Below are positions 8,662 to 18,875 of a stretch of DNA of 64,000 nt, piece after piece. The notes below the pieces were generated by a model. The model saw nothing but the letters and a program-made list of their open reading frames with translations. It was not told the DNA's origin and did no database searches. Each line of letters starts with the position of its first letter. The stretch's first letter is position 1. The stretch is taken from assembly GCA_965215505.1 (NCBI GenBank), contig OZ244065.1, forward strand, positions 4,224,001 through 4,288,000. Reading direction: 5' to 3'. Position numbers and translations under genes: made by a program. The DNA comes from Capsulimonadaceae bacterium (GTDB lineage Bacteria; Armatimonadota; Armatimonadia; Armatimonadales; Capsulimonadaceae).

Positions 8662-9879
8662 CTACCCCAACAGATACTCATAAATGCCTTCCAGTTTGCG
8701 GGCCGTCTGCGCCAGCGTGAACCGCTCCCGCACGCGCTCCCGCCCCGCCGCACCCATCGCCGCCGCGCGGGCCGGGTCGGACAGCAGGGCCGCCATCGCC
8801 TCCGCCATCGCGGGGGCGTCCCCCATCGGCACCAGCAGGCCGGTCACGCCGGGGATCACGATCTCCGGCAGCGCACCGCCGTTAGTGGCGATGATCGGCT
8901 TCCCCGCCGCCATCCCCTCGACGACCACCTGCCCGAACGGCTCCCCCAAGGTACTGGCGTGGACCACGAGGTCCACCCCGGCCAGCAGTGCAGGCACGTC
9001 CTCCCGGAACCCCAGAAACTCGACCCGGTCCCCCATCTCTAGGTCGCGGGCCATCCGGTGCAGGGACCGCTCGTACTCGTGTTCGCCGAACAGGGGTGCC
9101 CCGATGATCTGGAACCGGGCCTGCGGGAACCGGTCCTGGAGCAGGGCGGCGGCCTGAAGGAAAACGTGCTGCCCCTTCCACCCGGCGATGCGCCCGACCA
9201 GGGCGACGGTCTGCGGGCGGCCCTGGGCGGACGCCGGTTCGGCGGGCGGAACGCGCTCGTCCAACTGCTCGCCGCCCACGCCGCTGTAGACCACCGGCAC
9301 CGAGTCGGCGTGGGTCGGCCGCAGGTGCCGCCGCGTGTTCTCAGAATTGGCGATCACCTGACGCGGGAGGATCTTGATGAGGATGCGGAAGAGCGTGGTC
9401 AGGGAGCCGGGCAGATAGCCGTCCCCGATGATGTCCCGGACGTGCCAGAGTACCGGGATGTGCGCGAGACGGCCCGCAAGCCCCCCGTACACGTCCGCCT
9501 TGAGAGAGTTCGTGTGGATCAGGTCAACCCCATGCCGACGCGCGAACCGAGCCAGGCGCACCGCGTAAGCGATGCAGAGGCCGGCCTGCCGCAGCCTGAA
9601 TAGGGACTGGAACCCCAGGCTGTCTTTGCGCGCCTCGACGATGGACCTGTCCAGCGGCAGCACATGGGTCTCTACCCCGGCCCCCCGCAGCTTCTCGGCG
9701 AGCGGTCCCGCCGAGGCCAGGGCGACGATGGGTGTGAAGCGCGACCGGTCGAGCGCGCCGATGAGGCCGAGCAGGGCGATTTCGCCGCCACCCATTTTCG
9801 CTGTGTGGTCCAGAAAAAGGATGGTCTTGGTTCCCGGTACAGATTGGAATATCACTCGCCCATTTGACTTCCCGCTCAC
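8662..9879 (-). CDS. GT4 glycosyltransferase
   Basis: GGGEIAL, VGRIAGWKG, EPFGQVVVEGMAAG. Confidence 0.9.
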   Translation of the reverse strand: MSGKSNGRVIFQSVPGTKTILFLDHTAKMGGGEIALLGLIGALDRSRFTPIVALASAGPLAEKLRGAGVETHVLPLDRSIVEARKDSLGFQSLFRLRQAGLCIAYAVRLARFARRHGVDLIHTNSLKADVYGGLAGRLAHIPVLWHVRDIIGDGYLPGSLTTLFRILIKILPRQVIANSENTRRHLRPTHADSVPVVYSGVGGEQLDERVPPAEPASAQGRPQTVALVGRIAGWKGQHVFLQAAALLQDRFPQARFQIIGAPLFGEHEYERSLHRMARDLEMGDRVEFLGFREDVPALLAGVDLVVHASTLGEPFGQVVVEGMAAGKPIIATNGGALPEIVIPGVTGLLVPMGDAPAMAEAMAALLSDPARAAAMGAAGRERVRERFTLAQTARKLEGIYEYLLG

Positions 9880-11063
9880 CGTCGGAGCCTGCCCTGGTGG
9901 ACGGCCTCGTAGACGGCCAGCGTCTGTTCGGCCGTCCGCTCCCAGGAGAACTCGGCGGCGCGCGCCAGCCCTTTCTCCCGGAGGGAGTGGCGCAGCGCCG
10001 ACGACTCCGCGACCTCGCCGAGCGCCCGAGTCACGGTTCCGGTCTCCTCGGCGGATACCAGGCGGCCGGCGGATCCGGCGACCTCGGGCAGTGCGGAGGC
10101 GTTATTGATGATGACGGGGACGCCGCAGGCCATCGCCTGGAGGGGCGGCAGCCCGAACCCTTCGTAGGCGCTGAGGTAGACGAACGCCAGCGCGGCGTTG
10201 TACCACCAGACGACCTCCTCGCGCGGGATAAAACCCGGAAAGAGGACGTGTTCCCGCAGGCCCAGGCTCTGGACCTGATCGAAAATCCCCTGGTACATCC
10301 ACCCCTTCGGGCCGGCCAAGATCAGCTTCGGCACCCCCGCCATGGCCCCGCGTCCGTGCAGGGCGGCATAGGCCCGCAGGAGGTGCGGGATGTTCTTGCG
10401 CGGCTCCAGTGTACCCAGGTACAAAAAATACCGCTCCGGCAGGCCGCGCCGCGCCCGGAAAGCTTCCACGGCGCGCTCCCCGTCCGACGTCCCCCCGAGC
10501 CACCGATACTCCCTGTCGGCGGCCAGCGGCACCGTGACCACCCGCGCCGGGTCGGCCCCGAGCAGCCGGATCACGTCCTGACGGGTGTTCTCCGACACCG
10601 CCAGGATGGCGTCGGCGGACCGGACCGAGAGCCGGGTCATCAGCCGCAGGTACTCGCGCTTTGCGGGCAGGTGGCGGTCCCGGAAGAGCAGGAAGGCCAG
10701 GTCGTGGATGGTGACGATGCGCGGCCGGCGGGCCAGCAGGGGGATGACGTTGACCGGGCTGTGGATCACGTCCATCTTCCGGGTCGCCAGCGCGTGGGTC
10801 GTCTGCTCCCACAGGAACCGGGTCGGGGGGTAATGAGTCGGCGCGAGCGTCGTGGCCAGGCGGAAGTTGGGGCTGAGGGCCAGCCGCTGCCGCGCCTCGG
10901 GGTCACGCGCCCAGGCCCCGGTGTAGACCGTATAGCAGTTGGACTGATCCACCTGGCCCAGCCCGTGCAGCAGGTGGGAGATGTAGTTGGAAAGCCCGGT
11001 CGCCCGGTAAGTGTCGCCGTGATTGAGCAGAGAAGCGTTGATGGCGATGTTCACCGTTTGCAC
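9876..11063 (-). CDS. GT4 glycosyltransferase
   Basis: VTIHDL, LGTLEPRKN, YEGFGLPPLQAMACG. Confidence 0.9.
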   Translation of the reverse strand: MQTVNIAINASLLNHGDTYRATGLSNYISHLLHGLGQVDQSNCYTVYTGAWARDPEARQRLALSPNFRLATTLAPTHYPPTRFLWEQTTHALATRKMDVIHSPVNVIPLLARRPRIVTIHDLAFLLFRDRHLPAKREYLRLMTRLSVRSADAILAVSENTRQDVIRLLGADPARVVTVPLAADREYRWLGGTSDGERAVEAFRARRGLPERYFLYLGTLEPRKNIPHLLRAYAALHGRGAMAGVPKLILAGPKGWMYQGIFDQVQSLGLREHVLFPGFIPREEVVWWYNAALAFVYLSAYEGFGLPPLQAMACGVPVIINNASALPEVAGSAGRLVSAEETGTVTRALGEVAESSALRHSLREKGLARAAEFSWERTAEQTLAVYEAVHQGRLRR

Positions 11064-12199
11064 CCTCCCGCCAAGGGCACCGCCGACTGCTCACATAATC
11101 CCCCATAGAGCGTGTGCATCTGATCCGCGACCTTCTGCCAACTGTACAGGCCGCTCGCGCGCGCCTGCCCGAGTCGCCCGTACTCCGCCCGCCGCTCCGG
11201 GTGATCCAGCAGCGTCCGGAGCCGGCCCGCCAGGGCGGCGGCGTCCCCCTCCGGGAACGTCAGCCCCGCCCCCCCAATGACCTCGGGGATGGCACCCGAG
11301 TCCGAGCCGACGACCGGCAGGCCGCACGCACCCGCTTCGATCAGGACCCTGCCGAACTGCTCTTTCCAGGTGACATGGGTGCGTGAGGGGAGGACAAGGG
11401 TGTCCATGGCGTTCATGTGCGCGGGGAGGTCGGTGAGGGGGACGGGGCCGGCGAAGTGGACGCGGGGGGCGACTTTCAGGGAGCGGGCGAGGGCTTCGAG
11501 GGCGGGGCGGAAGGGGCCTTCGCCGACGAGGAGGAGGCGGGCCTGGGGGGGGAGAAGGGCCAGGGCGTTGAGGAGGTCGGCCAGCCCTTTTTCGGGGACG
11601 AGGCGGCCGACGTAGCCGATGACGAAGCCGTCGTGGGGGACGGGGCGGGGGCGGAAGAGGGCGCAGTCTACGGCGTTGGGGACGATTTCGGCGGGGCCTT
11701 TGTAGCCTTTCCGGCGGGCGACGGCGAGGGCCTCGGTGCTGCGGGCGACGAGGAAGTCCGCGCGGCGGAGGGTGTAGTCCTGGAACAGACGGAAGGGGGG
11801 CGGGAGGCGCTTGTAGATGTTCTGCTCGGTCTCGATGAGGATCCTCGCGCGCGGGCAGAACCGCCGGGTCAGGCGGACGGCCTGGGCGCAGGTCAGGCCC
11901 CACGGCTCCTCCCAGATGTCCACGATGTCGGGCTGGGTTTCGCGCAGGAGGCGGGGCAGGGCATCGGTATAGTGCTGCAAGTACCACTGGTTCAGGATGC
12001 TGCGCCAGCGGGTGCGGCCGACGACGTAGCGGAAGTCCGGGTCCTCCGGCGTCTCGGCGGCCTGCCACTGGCCGTAGGTCCGCATGCGGTCGGGGACAAG
12101 CACGGTCAGGTCGAGGCCGGGGAAGGCGGCCAGGCAGTGCGCTTTGGGCTGCCCTGCGGTCCGCGACATGCAGGTGTGGGAGACGAGGAGGACTTTCAC
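11051..12199 (-). CDS. GT4 glycosyltransferase
   Basis: VGRLVPEKG, WKEQFGRVLIEAGACG. Confidence 0.9.
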   Translation of the reverse strand: MKVLLVSHTCMSRTAGQPKAHCLAAFPGLDLTVLVPDRMRTYGQWQAAETPEDPDFRYVVGRTRWRSILNQWYLQHYTDALPRLLRETQPDIVDIWEEPWGLTCAQAVRLTRRFCPRARILIETEQNIYKRLPPPFRLFQDYTLRRADFLVARSTEALAVARRKGYKGPAEIVPNAVDCALFRPRPVPHDGFVIGYVGRLVPEKGLADLLNALALLPPQARLLLVGEGPFRPALEALARSLKVAPRVHFAGPVPLTDLPAHMNAMDTLVLPSRTHVTWKEQFGRVLIEAGACGLPVVGSDSGAIPEVIGGAGLTFPEGDAAALAGRLRTLLDHPERRAEYGRLGQARASGLYSWQKVADQMHTLYGGLCEQSAVPLAGGCKR

Positions 12200-13311
12200 C
12201 CGCCGGCCTCCGTCGAAAGGCAGCGGCGGTAGACGGCCTCGGTCCGGCGGGCCATGGCGGCGGCGGAGAAGTGTTCGGCGGCCCGCTGCCGTCCGGCCTG
12301 TCCCATGGCGCGGGCCTGGGCAGGATGGTCGAGGAGGCAGCGCAGGGCTTGGGCGAGAGCGGCGGGGTCTGCGGGGGCGACGAGAAGGCCGGTGACGCCG
12401 TCTTCGATGATCTCCAAAGGCCCGCCGGCGCGGGCGGCGACGGCGGGCTTGCCCAGCGTCATGGCTTCCACGAGGGCGATGCCGAACGGCTCGGCGGGGC
12501 TTGGCAGGACGAAGACGTCCGCGCCCGCGACCCAGTCAGGCACGTCGGGGCGGAAGCCCAGGAAGTGGACGGAGGCGGCCAGGCCGAGGGCGTCCGCCTC
12601 GGCTTCGAGCGGGGCGCGCAGGCCGCCTTCGCCGATCACCAGGAGGTGCGGCGTCGGGGTGCGGTCGCGGAGTCCGGCGAGGGCGCGCAGGAGGTACTCG
12701 ATGCCTTTCTCGGGCGCGAGGCGGGCGACCGTGGCGATGACGGGGGCGTCGGCGGGGATGCCGAGGCCGGCGAGTCGGGCCGGCCCGTCCGGGCAGGGCA
12801 TGTCGGGGGCGAGGATCCCGTTCGCGATGACGGTGGCCCGCGCGGCGGGCATCTCGCGGCGTTCCAGGGCGGCCTCAAGGACCGCGCGGGAGACGGCGAT
12901 GTGGGCGGCGACCATTTGGTTGACGGCGCGGTGGGCTAGGGCGGCGGCACGGCCCTTCAGCCCGCCGCGCTGTGTGTAAGCTGGCTCGACGAAGTGCTGG
13001 GTGGCGACGACGCGTGTCCCCGTCCGGGCCAGGCGGGCGGCGGACACGGCGCGGAACTTGGAATTGCCGTCGTGCGCGTGGATCAGGGCGAAGCGCTCCC
13101 GGCGCAGCAGCCGCACGAGGGCGGGTACGCCGCCTGCCGGGTGGCAGGGGATGCCCGCCGTGTGGGCGCGGTCGTGGAGGAGGGTGCCCGGACGGCAGAG
13201 GAGGGCAGGGGCGTGTCGGGACGGGTCGAGAGCGCGCAGGAGGGTGAGGACGTGTGACTCCGTCCCGGCGTAGCCTTCAGTATCGAGGTAGTGCAGGACT
13301 TTAGGCGGCAC
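12196..13311 (-). CDS. GT4 glycosyltransferase
   Basis: VARLAPEKG, EPFGIALVEAM. Confidence 0.9.
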   Translation of the reverse strand: MPPKVLHYLDTEGYAGTESHVLTLLRALDPSRHAPALLCRPGTLLHDRAHTAGIPCHPAGGVPALVRLLRRERFALIHAHDGNSKFRAVSAARLARTGTRVVATQHFVEPAYTQRGGLKGRAAALAHRAVNQMVAAHIAVSRAVLEAALERREMPAARATVIANGILAPDMPCPDGPARLAGLGIPADAPVIATVARLAPEKGIEYLLRALAGLRDRTPTPHLLVIGEGGLRAPLEAEADALGLAASVHFLGFRPDVPDWVAGADVFVLPSPAEPFGIALVEAMTLGKPAVAARAGGPLEIIEDGVTGLLVAPADPAALAQALRCLLDHPAQARAMGQAGRQRAAEHFSAAAMARRTEAVYRRCLSTEAGG

Positions 13312-14662
13312 GGGTGGCGAGGCCTTTCACCGGCGGTTCGGGTGCGGTCTTCTGGCGTTTCAGGTAGAGGAAGAGGGAGACGCACAGGCCGGCGGCAGCC
13401 CAGGCGAGGAAGACGACGCCGCGCCGCCAGTAAGCGTCCACCGCGCCGTGGACGGTCGGGACGGTGAAGACTCCGGCACAGCAGAGGAGGATTCGCCCGG
13501 TCTGGCTGGAGCGGAGGGCGCGCTGGGGGAGGGACCGGCAGAGCCGCAGGAGCAGGGAATAGACGGAGCCGAGCAGGAAGAGGAAGGCGGCCATGCCGAC
13601 GACGCCCATTTCGGCCAGGGTCAGGACGTAGACGTTTTCGGGGTCGGCCTCTTTGCGGAGGCCGATGCCGGTGCCCAGGAAGGGGTGCGCCTTCCACAAG
13701 TCCAGGGCGGCGGCCTGGTGGTCCAGCCGGACCTGCATGGTGTTGGCGTGCAGGGACAGGTTGCCGGCGTATTCGGCGGAGTCGCTGGGAAGCATGGACC
13801 AGCAGACGGCGAAGATGGGGACGGCGAGCGCGGCCATGACGGCGACGCCGCGCAGGTCGCGCCGCAGGGCCAGGACGAGGAGGCAGGCGACTACGGTGGC
13901 GGTCCACGCGCCGCGCGACAGGCTCAGGATGGTGCCCATGAGGGACAGGACGAAGGCGGCGATGATCCAGGGGCGGAAGCGGGCGGCGATGTCCGAGGAG
14001 CGCAGGTAGACCAGGCCGACGACGACGCCGCAGGCGAGGGAGGGGCCGATGGCGTTCTTGTGCATGCCCAGGATGTACAGCCCGTTCTTCGCGCCGGCCG
14101 CGAACCCGATGACGGCGGCGAGACCCAGCAGGGCCTCGGTCACGAGCAGCAGGAGGAAGCAGCGCTCCATTTCGGTGGGCGTCTTGATGAAGGCGGCGAA
14201 GATAAGGGTCGTGCAGAGCGTGAATTCGACGTAGCGGCCCAGGGACACGACGGCATCCTGACCGCGCCAGTTTCCGGCGCTGGCGAGGAGGATGACGGCC
14301 AGGAACACCAGCAGCGGCAGCCGGAGCGGGCCGAGTGTCGGGCGGAGTCGCCCCTGGACCGCGTAGACCAGCAGGACGACGACCATGAGGGCGGCCATGA
14401 CGTCGGAGAAGCAGACGAAGACGCTGGAGCTGTCCCCGAGCAGCGACTGCGGCAGGATTCCCGCCGCGAACGCGACGGCGAGCCACTGGGTCGGCTTGCG
14501 GTAGGCCAGCAGGAAGATCAAGGACCCGGCGGCGGCGGCGACGGCCAGCATGGGGCTGACGAAGTACAGCGCGGCACACAGGGCCAGCAGGGCGGCGGGG
14601 ACGAAAATGCCCGCGTTCGGGCCGCCCGCGGCGGAGCGGGACTGCTGGGGCGTGTCAAGCAT
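13301..14662 (-). CDS. O-antigen ligase/polymerase (Wzy/WaaL-like) family protein
   Basis: Multi-TM; SLSRGAW, HPFLGTGIG, ENVYVLTLAEMG; start reassigned to ATG 14662 (MLDTP). Confidence 0.8.
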   Translation of the reverse strand: MLDTPQQSRSAAGGPNAGIFVPAALLALCAALYFVSPMLAVAAAAGSLIFLLAYRKPTQWLAVAFAAGILPQSLLGDSSSVFVCFSDVMAALMVVVLLVYAVQGRLRPTLGPLRLPLLVFLAVILLASAGNWRGQDAVVSLGRYVEFTLCTTLIFAAFIKTPTEMERCFLLLLVTEALLGLAAVIGFAAGAKNGLYILGMHKNAIGPSLACGVVVGLVYLRSSDIAARFRPWIIAAFVLSLMGTILSLSRGAWTATVVACLLVLALRRDLRGVAVMAALAVPIFAVCWSMLPSDSAEYAGNLSLHANTMQVRLDHQAAALDLWKAHPFLGTGIGLRKEADPENVYVLTLAEMGVVGMAAFLFLLGSVYSLLLRLCRSLPQRALRSSQTGRILLCCAGVFTVPTVHGAVDAYWRRGVVFLAWAAAGLCVSLFLYLKRQKTAPEPPVKGLATRAA

Positions 14663-15632
14663 GGGCGGGCGTCCCCACGGCGGGCGTCGGGGCCAGGCCG
14701 GGCGTGTGCCACAGGCCGAGGTTCCAGCGCAGGATGTTGACCCACAAACGCACCAGGGCCCAGGCTTTGAGGCGGCGCGCGGGGCTGACGGCGGCCAGGG
14801 CGGCGAACAGGGGGACACGCAGGAACGCGCCCAGTATCAGGCTTACACGCAAAGCCAGTGCGCCGGACGCGCCGTGGTGCTTGCGGTAGAAGCGGCGCTG
14901 GCCCGCGCTGAACTCGGCGAAGACGCGGTCTGCCTGCGCCTTGCCGGAGCCGCCGCCGTGGTGGACCACCTCGGCGTCGGGCGTGAACCACACTTGGTAG
15001 CCCGCGTCGCGCATCCGGCGGCACCAGTCGGTTTCCTCGGCGTACATGAAGAAGTCCTCGTCGAGCAGGCCGACGGCGGGCAGGACGTCGGCGCGGACGA
15101 GCAGGGCCGCGCCGATGACGAAGTCCACGGCCCGCGCCCGGTCGTGTGCCCAGCGGCGGTAGTCGCCCCAGCGCGGGTGGTCGGCCAGGAGGCTGGTGAG
15201 GAAGAGCTGGTCGCGGAAGGCGCGGGCGGGCACGGGGAAGCGGTAGCAGGAGCGCTGGAGCGAGCCATCGGGGTTGACGAGGCGCGGCCCGACGGCGGCG
15301 GCCTCGGGGCGGGCGTCGAGCGCCCGAAGCATCCCGGCCAATGCGCCCGGCCTGACGAGGGTGTCGCTGTTGAGCAGCAGGGCCGTCCGCCCCCGCATCC
15401 GGCGCAGGCCGAGGTTGTTGGCCCTGGCAAAGCCCAGGTTCTCCCCCGCCTCAATGACTAGAACATCGGGGAACTCCGCCCGCACCATCGCAACGCTGCC
15501 GTCGCCGCTGCCGTTGTCCACGACGATGACCTCGTGCGTCGGCGCGTCCGGGTCTTCCCAGAGCGACGTGAGGCAGTCGCGCAGATACCCGCGCGTGTTG
15601 TAGCTGACGATGATGACGGAAACCTCGACCAT
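14655..15632 (-). CDS. GT2 glycosyltransferase (rhamnosyltransferase-like)
   Basis: [33 protein letters not shown]. Confidence 0.9.
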   Translation of the reverse strand: MVEVSVIIVSYNTRGYLRDCLTSLWEDPDAPTHEVIVVDNGSGDGSVAMVRAEFPDVLVIEAGENLGFARANNLGLRRMRGRTALLLNSDTLVRPGALAGMLRALDARPEAAAVGPRLVNPDGSLQRSCYRFPVPARAFRDQLFLTSLLADHPRWGDYRRWAHDRARAVDFVIGAALLVRADVLPAVGLLDEDFFMYAEETDWCRRMRDAGYQVWFTPDAEVVHHGGGSGKAQADRVFAEFSAGQRRFYRKHHGASGALALRVSLILGAFLRVPLFAALAAVSPARRLKAWALVRLWVNILRWNLGLWHTPGLAPTPAVGTPAHA

Positions 15633-15678
15633 ATACCTGTTTAGTATTGCACAATCCATGCCAAAGCAAGCCGAGAGA

Positions 15679-16194
15679 CTAATCGCGGAACTTCGCGACG
15701 CGGGCGGGGCTGCCGACGGCGACGGCGTGGGCGGGGATGTCGGACAGGACGACCGAATTAGCCCCGATCACGGCCCGGTCGCCGACGGTGATGCCGCCCA
15801 GAATCTTCGCCCCCGCCGAGGCGGTGACCCAGTCGCCCAAGACGGGCTGGCCGTCGCCCTTGCCCGAGTCGCCGACGGTGACGCCGTGGAAGCAGAGGAA
15901 GTGCGCCCCGATCACGACGCGGTCGCCGATGACGACGCCGCTGCTGTGGACGAGGCAGAAGCCCGGCCCGATCTGTGCGGCGGGGTGTATCTCCGCCCCC
16001 GACCGACTCAGGATGACGGCCTGCAAGTAGTAGGCGAAGGGCGTCAGCCGCAGCCGGTAGAGCGCGTGTGCGACTCGGAACAGCAGGACGGCCTGAAGGC
16101 GCGGGTACAGCAGCAGTTTCAGCAGCACGGCGAGGCCATAGCCGAGCTTGCCCCCGCCCCGGTTCATCACCATGCCGCGAATGTCTTCACGCAT
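15679..16194 (-). CDS. Hexapeptide-repeat O-acetyltransferase (CysE/WcaB-like)
   Basis: GAEIHPAAQIG, GVTVGD, IGANSVV, AVGSPAR; start uncertain (TTG 16215 possible). Confidence 0.85.
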   Translation of the reverse strand: MREDIRGMVMNRGGGKLGYGLAVLLKLLLYPRLQAVLLFRVAHALYRLRLTPFAYYLQAVILSRSGAEIHPAAQIGPGFCLVHSSGVVIGDRVVIGAHFLCFHGVTVGDSGKGDGQPVLGDWVTASAGAKILGGITVGDRAVIGANSVVLSDIPAHAVAVGSPARVAKFRD

Positions 16195-16202
16195 GAGCGC
16201 GG

Positions 16203-17411
16203 CTAAAGATGGCAATTTGTCTGCCCCACGGCACTGAGACACTCCTGCCCCACGGCACTGAGACACTCCTGCATCACCGCCTCGACGGCATCCATCCGTG
16301 ACCCCCAGGAGTGCCGCTGCGCCTCCGCCCGCCGGTCCTCTTGTCCGGTCTGTCCTGCGGCAAGCGCCGCCTCACACGCCGCCAGGAACGTCTCGCTGGT
16401 GGCAGCAAGGCGGACGAACTGCGGGTAGTCGCGGAAGCCGGCGACGTCCGTGCTGACGATGGGTTTGCCCCCGGCCAGGTACTCCCAGAGCTTGATCGGG
16501 TTCAGGCTCTCGGTGAACGGCGTCATCCGGTGCGGGGTGATGCAGACGTCGAAGGCGCGCATGTAGTCCGGCACTTCGGCATAGGGGACGGGGCCGGTGA
16601 TCTGGACGTTCCCAACCGCCCTCAGCCGGGCCTCATCGGCGGCGGGCAGATGGTTCGGCCCCACCAGGGCGACCGTGCCGCGCGCGAACCTCCGGGCCAG
16701 TGCCTCGATAAGCCCCACGTCCACGCGGTCGGGGTGGATGGTGCCGGTATAACCCAGCACGGGTTTGGCCCAATGCGCGGCGGTCGGCGGCAGCGGCAGC
16801 GCGGCATCCTGAACGCGCTCATAGTGTGCGGCGTCCACGCCGTTCGGGATCAAGTATAGATTGGGCGTCAGGCCCCGCTTCATGTCGTAGAGCTTCTGGG
16901 AGCAGACGATGACCGCATCCGCCCGGCGGCACAAGGCTTCGTCCTGGGCGGCGGTCAGACGCCGCAGCCAGTCCTTCTGCGTCAGGCTGATCCAGTCGTC
17001 GGTGATGTCGTAGACGACCGCCCGCTCGCCCATCCGCCCGGCCATGTGGACGGCGGAATGCGGGTTGAGCCAGAGCAGGGGCCGCGTGATCCCCAGCGCC
17101 CGTGCCGCCTGCCGCACCTGATGCCGCATCAGCGCTTCGTTGGCCCGCCGCCCCCAGGCGAGCGTGTTGGGGAACACCTTCAGCGGGCGCAAGAGTGTGA
17201 CGTTCGGGTACTCCGGCACGGCCACCAGCGGCGCGGCCCGCAGCGCCCCCAAACGCCCGCGCCGCAGGCCGTGGGAGACGTCGCGCGCCAGCCCGACGAA
17301 CAGTATCTTGTGGTCAGGGTGTCGCCGGGCCAGCCCCGCGCAGAGGAACTGGTTGCGCCGCCAGACCTCATCCCAATCTTCCAGGGAGACGAAAATCAGG
17401 TTAAACATCAT
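16203..17411 (-). CDS. GT4-like glycosyltransferase (TuaH-like)
   Basis: DWDEVWRRNQFL, VYDITDDW, NPIKLWEYLAGGKPIVST. Confidence 0.85.
   Translation of the reverse strand: MMFNLIFVSLEDWDEVWRRNQFLCAGLARRHPDHKILFVGLARDVSHGLRRGRLGALRAAPLVAVPEYPNVTLLRPLKVFPNTLAWGRRANEALMRHQVRQAARALGITRPLLWLNPHSAVHMAGRMGERAVVYDITDDWISLTQKDWLRRLTAAQDEALCRRADAVIVCSQKLYDMKRGLTPNLYLIPNGVDAAHYERVQDAALPLPPTAAHWAKPVLGYTGTIHPDRVDVGLIEALARRFARGTVALVGPNHLPAADEARLRAVGNVQITGPVPYAEVPDYMRAFDVCITPHRMTPFTESLNPIKLWEYLAGGKPIVSTDVAGFRDYPQFVRLAATSETFLAACEAALAAGQTGQEDRRAEAQRHSWGSRMDAVEAVMQECLSAVGQECLSAVGQTNCHL
16221..16272. repeat. 24-bp tandem duplication at the 3' end of the GT gene
   Basis: CTGCCCCACGGCACTGAGACACTC x2, giving QECLSAVG twice. 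Confidence 0.85.
17323..17396. repeat. 74-bp direct repeat, copy 1 (5' end of GT 16203-17411)
   Basis: 71/74 identical to 18725-18798. Confidence 0.9.
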
Positions 17412-18682
17412 ACAGTTGACGCCAAAACAGGATCAAGACCGACAGGGCTTGGGCTTCCCGTTCGTCGGCTCGGCAATAGAACGCCAACCGTCAGCAGGAT
17501 GTAGTCGAGCAGTAAACACAGCGCTTTGAAGTAGGGGGGGTGGAGCCTACCAAAATGATGCAGGACAAGGTCAACGACGTTGTGGGTGTTGCTGCCGATC
17601 GAAGCCAGGGTGACTACCAGGAAAATGGCGAACAATATCCTATACCCTGTCAACTGACGCCTCGCCAGGAAACTCAAAACGAGGACCATGCTGGGCGCAA
17701 GTAAAACCGTGTCATACGTCCGATGATAGAATACGAGCAGCGCCAAGAGCGACAAGGCGCTGATATCGGCCAAACCAAATTGACTCTGCTGCCAACGCCA
17801 CAGAAAGCCGAGGATGAGAACAACGCAGATGGCTGTTTTTACTATCTCAGCGACAACAGGATTGCCTATGTCTGCAATCAAGCATTCAACATCAACACGC
17901 TCTCTGCGTCCCGTGCCATGAACATCATTTTGCGTTCCAGAGGAAAACGACGCCTTGTTGTTTCGCTGATAACTTGATAGAAACTGCCGAGGCCCGATCA
18001 GGGCGGCACCGATGATGTTGACGCCTACATACAGCAGTACGCCGGACGCTATCAGAACCTTGGTCTGTTTTGTGCCCTTGATGAACAGATACAAAAACAA
18101 AGGCAGGCAGAGCGTAAATTTGATGAGAGCGAGTAGCGATGTGAGTGGGCTGAGATGCGGCCTGTCGGACTGCAACAATCTCGCTGTCAGCAAAGTCAGC
18201 GCGATGATAGGTAAAACGATCTGCCCCAAAGAGAATGTTTGCCAAGTCCCCGGCAGAACAGCGATACACAGCGAACTAACCCAGAGCAGCCATAGCGGAG
18301 GCTCGGCGTAGACGTATTTCAGGCAAAGACAAGCGATGAACGGGATGCAGAACGCGCCCGTAATAATCTGGCACCAGCAAAAGACCGGCCACGGCAGTAA
18401 GCTCCATGGGGACAAAAGGACCAACGTTGCGGGTAAATGAATCTGAGGGGATGGAGAGGCTTGTCTTGTGGTTATAAAGTGTGCATATCCTTTTGCCAGC
18501 GATGTATGGTCATAAGGATTTTGGCCTACACGAAACAGCCGGGACCCGACGTAAAGTTGTTGACCATCGCTGTAGAGTGGCCGGATGTCATGGGTGCGGG
18601 TGTGAACGCCAGGCAACAGGAAGCCGAAGACGATACTTAAGAGAATGCCGATGTACACAACGGTCAGCTTAGTTGTCTTCAT
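17408..18682 (-). CDS. GT87/DUF2029-like GT-C membrane glycosyltransferase
   Basis: D....Y......GQNPY, GQ, IKF, YHRTYD; multi-TM; lower GC. Confidence 0.7.
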   Translation of the reverse strand: MKTTKLTVVYIGILLSIVFGFLLPGVHTRTHDIRPLYSDGQQLYVGSRLFRVGQNPYDHTSLAKGYAHFITTRQASPSPQIHLPATLVLLSPWSLLPWPVFCWCQIITGAFCIPFIACLCLKYVYAEPPLWLLWVSSLCIAVLPGTWQTFSLGQIVLPIIALTLLTARLLQSDRPHLSPLTSLLALIKFTLCLPLFLYLFIKGTKQTKVLIASGVLLYVGVNIIGAALIGPRQFLSSYQRNNKASFSSGTQNDVHGTGRRERVDVECLIADIGNPVVAEIVKTAICVVLILGFLWRWQQSQFGLADISALSLLALLVFYHRTYDTVLLAPSMVLVLSFLARRQLTGYRILFAIFLVVTLASIGSNTHNVVDLVLHHFGRLHPPYFKALCLLLDYILLTVGVLLPSRRTGSPSPVGLDPVLASTV

Positions 18683-18724
18683 GTTCCAAGGCCTTGACTA
18701 TCACAAAAAACAAATTACGAGAAG

Positions 18725-18798
18725 CGCCGGGCCAGCCCCGCGCAGAGGAACTGGTCGCGCCGCCAGACCTCATCCCAGTCTTCCGGGGAGACGAAAAT
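18725..18798 (-). pseudogene. Orphan remnant of the 5' end of GT 16203-17411 (repeat copy 2)
   Basis: Translates IFVSPEDWDEVWRRDQFLCAGLAR versus IFVSLEDWDEVWRRNQFLCAGLAR in the intact gene. Confidence 0.85.
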
Positions 18799-18875
18799 GA
18801 TGTCCGGTAATGCTTGCACTAGAAGTTGTTCTTGATCCTCTAACGTCAACCCTCTGCCGGTCCGAGAGGCGCGAC

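Noticed and set aside
15679-16194. cysE for cysteine biosynthesis
   Set aside because: Lacks the typical CysE N-terminal domain and sits inside the polysaccharide operon, so more likely a glycan O-acetyltransferase
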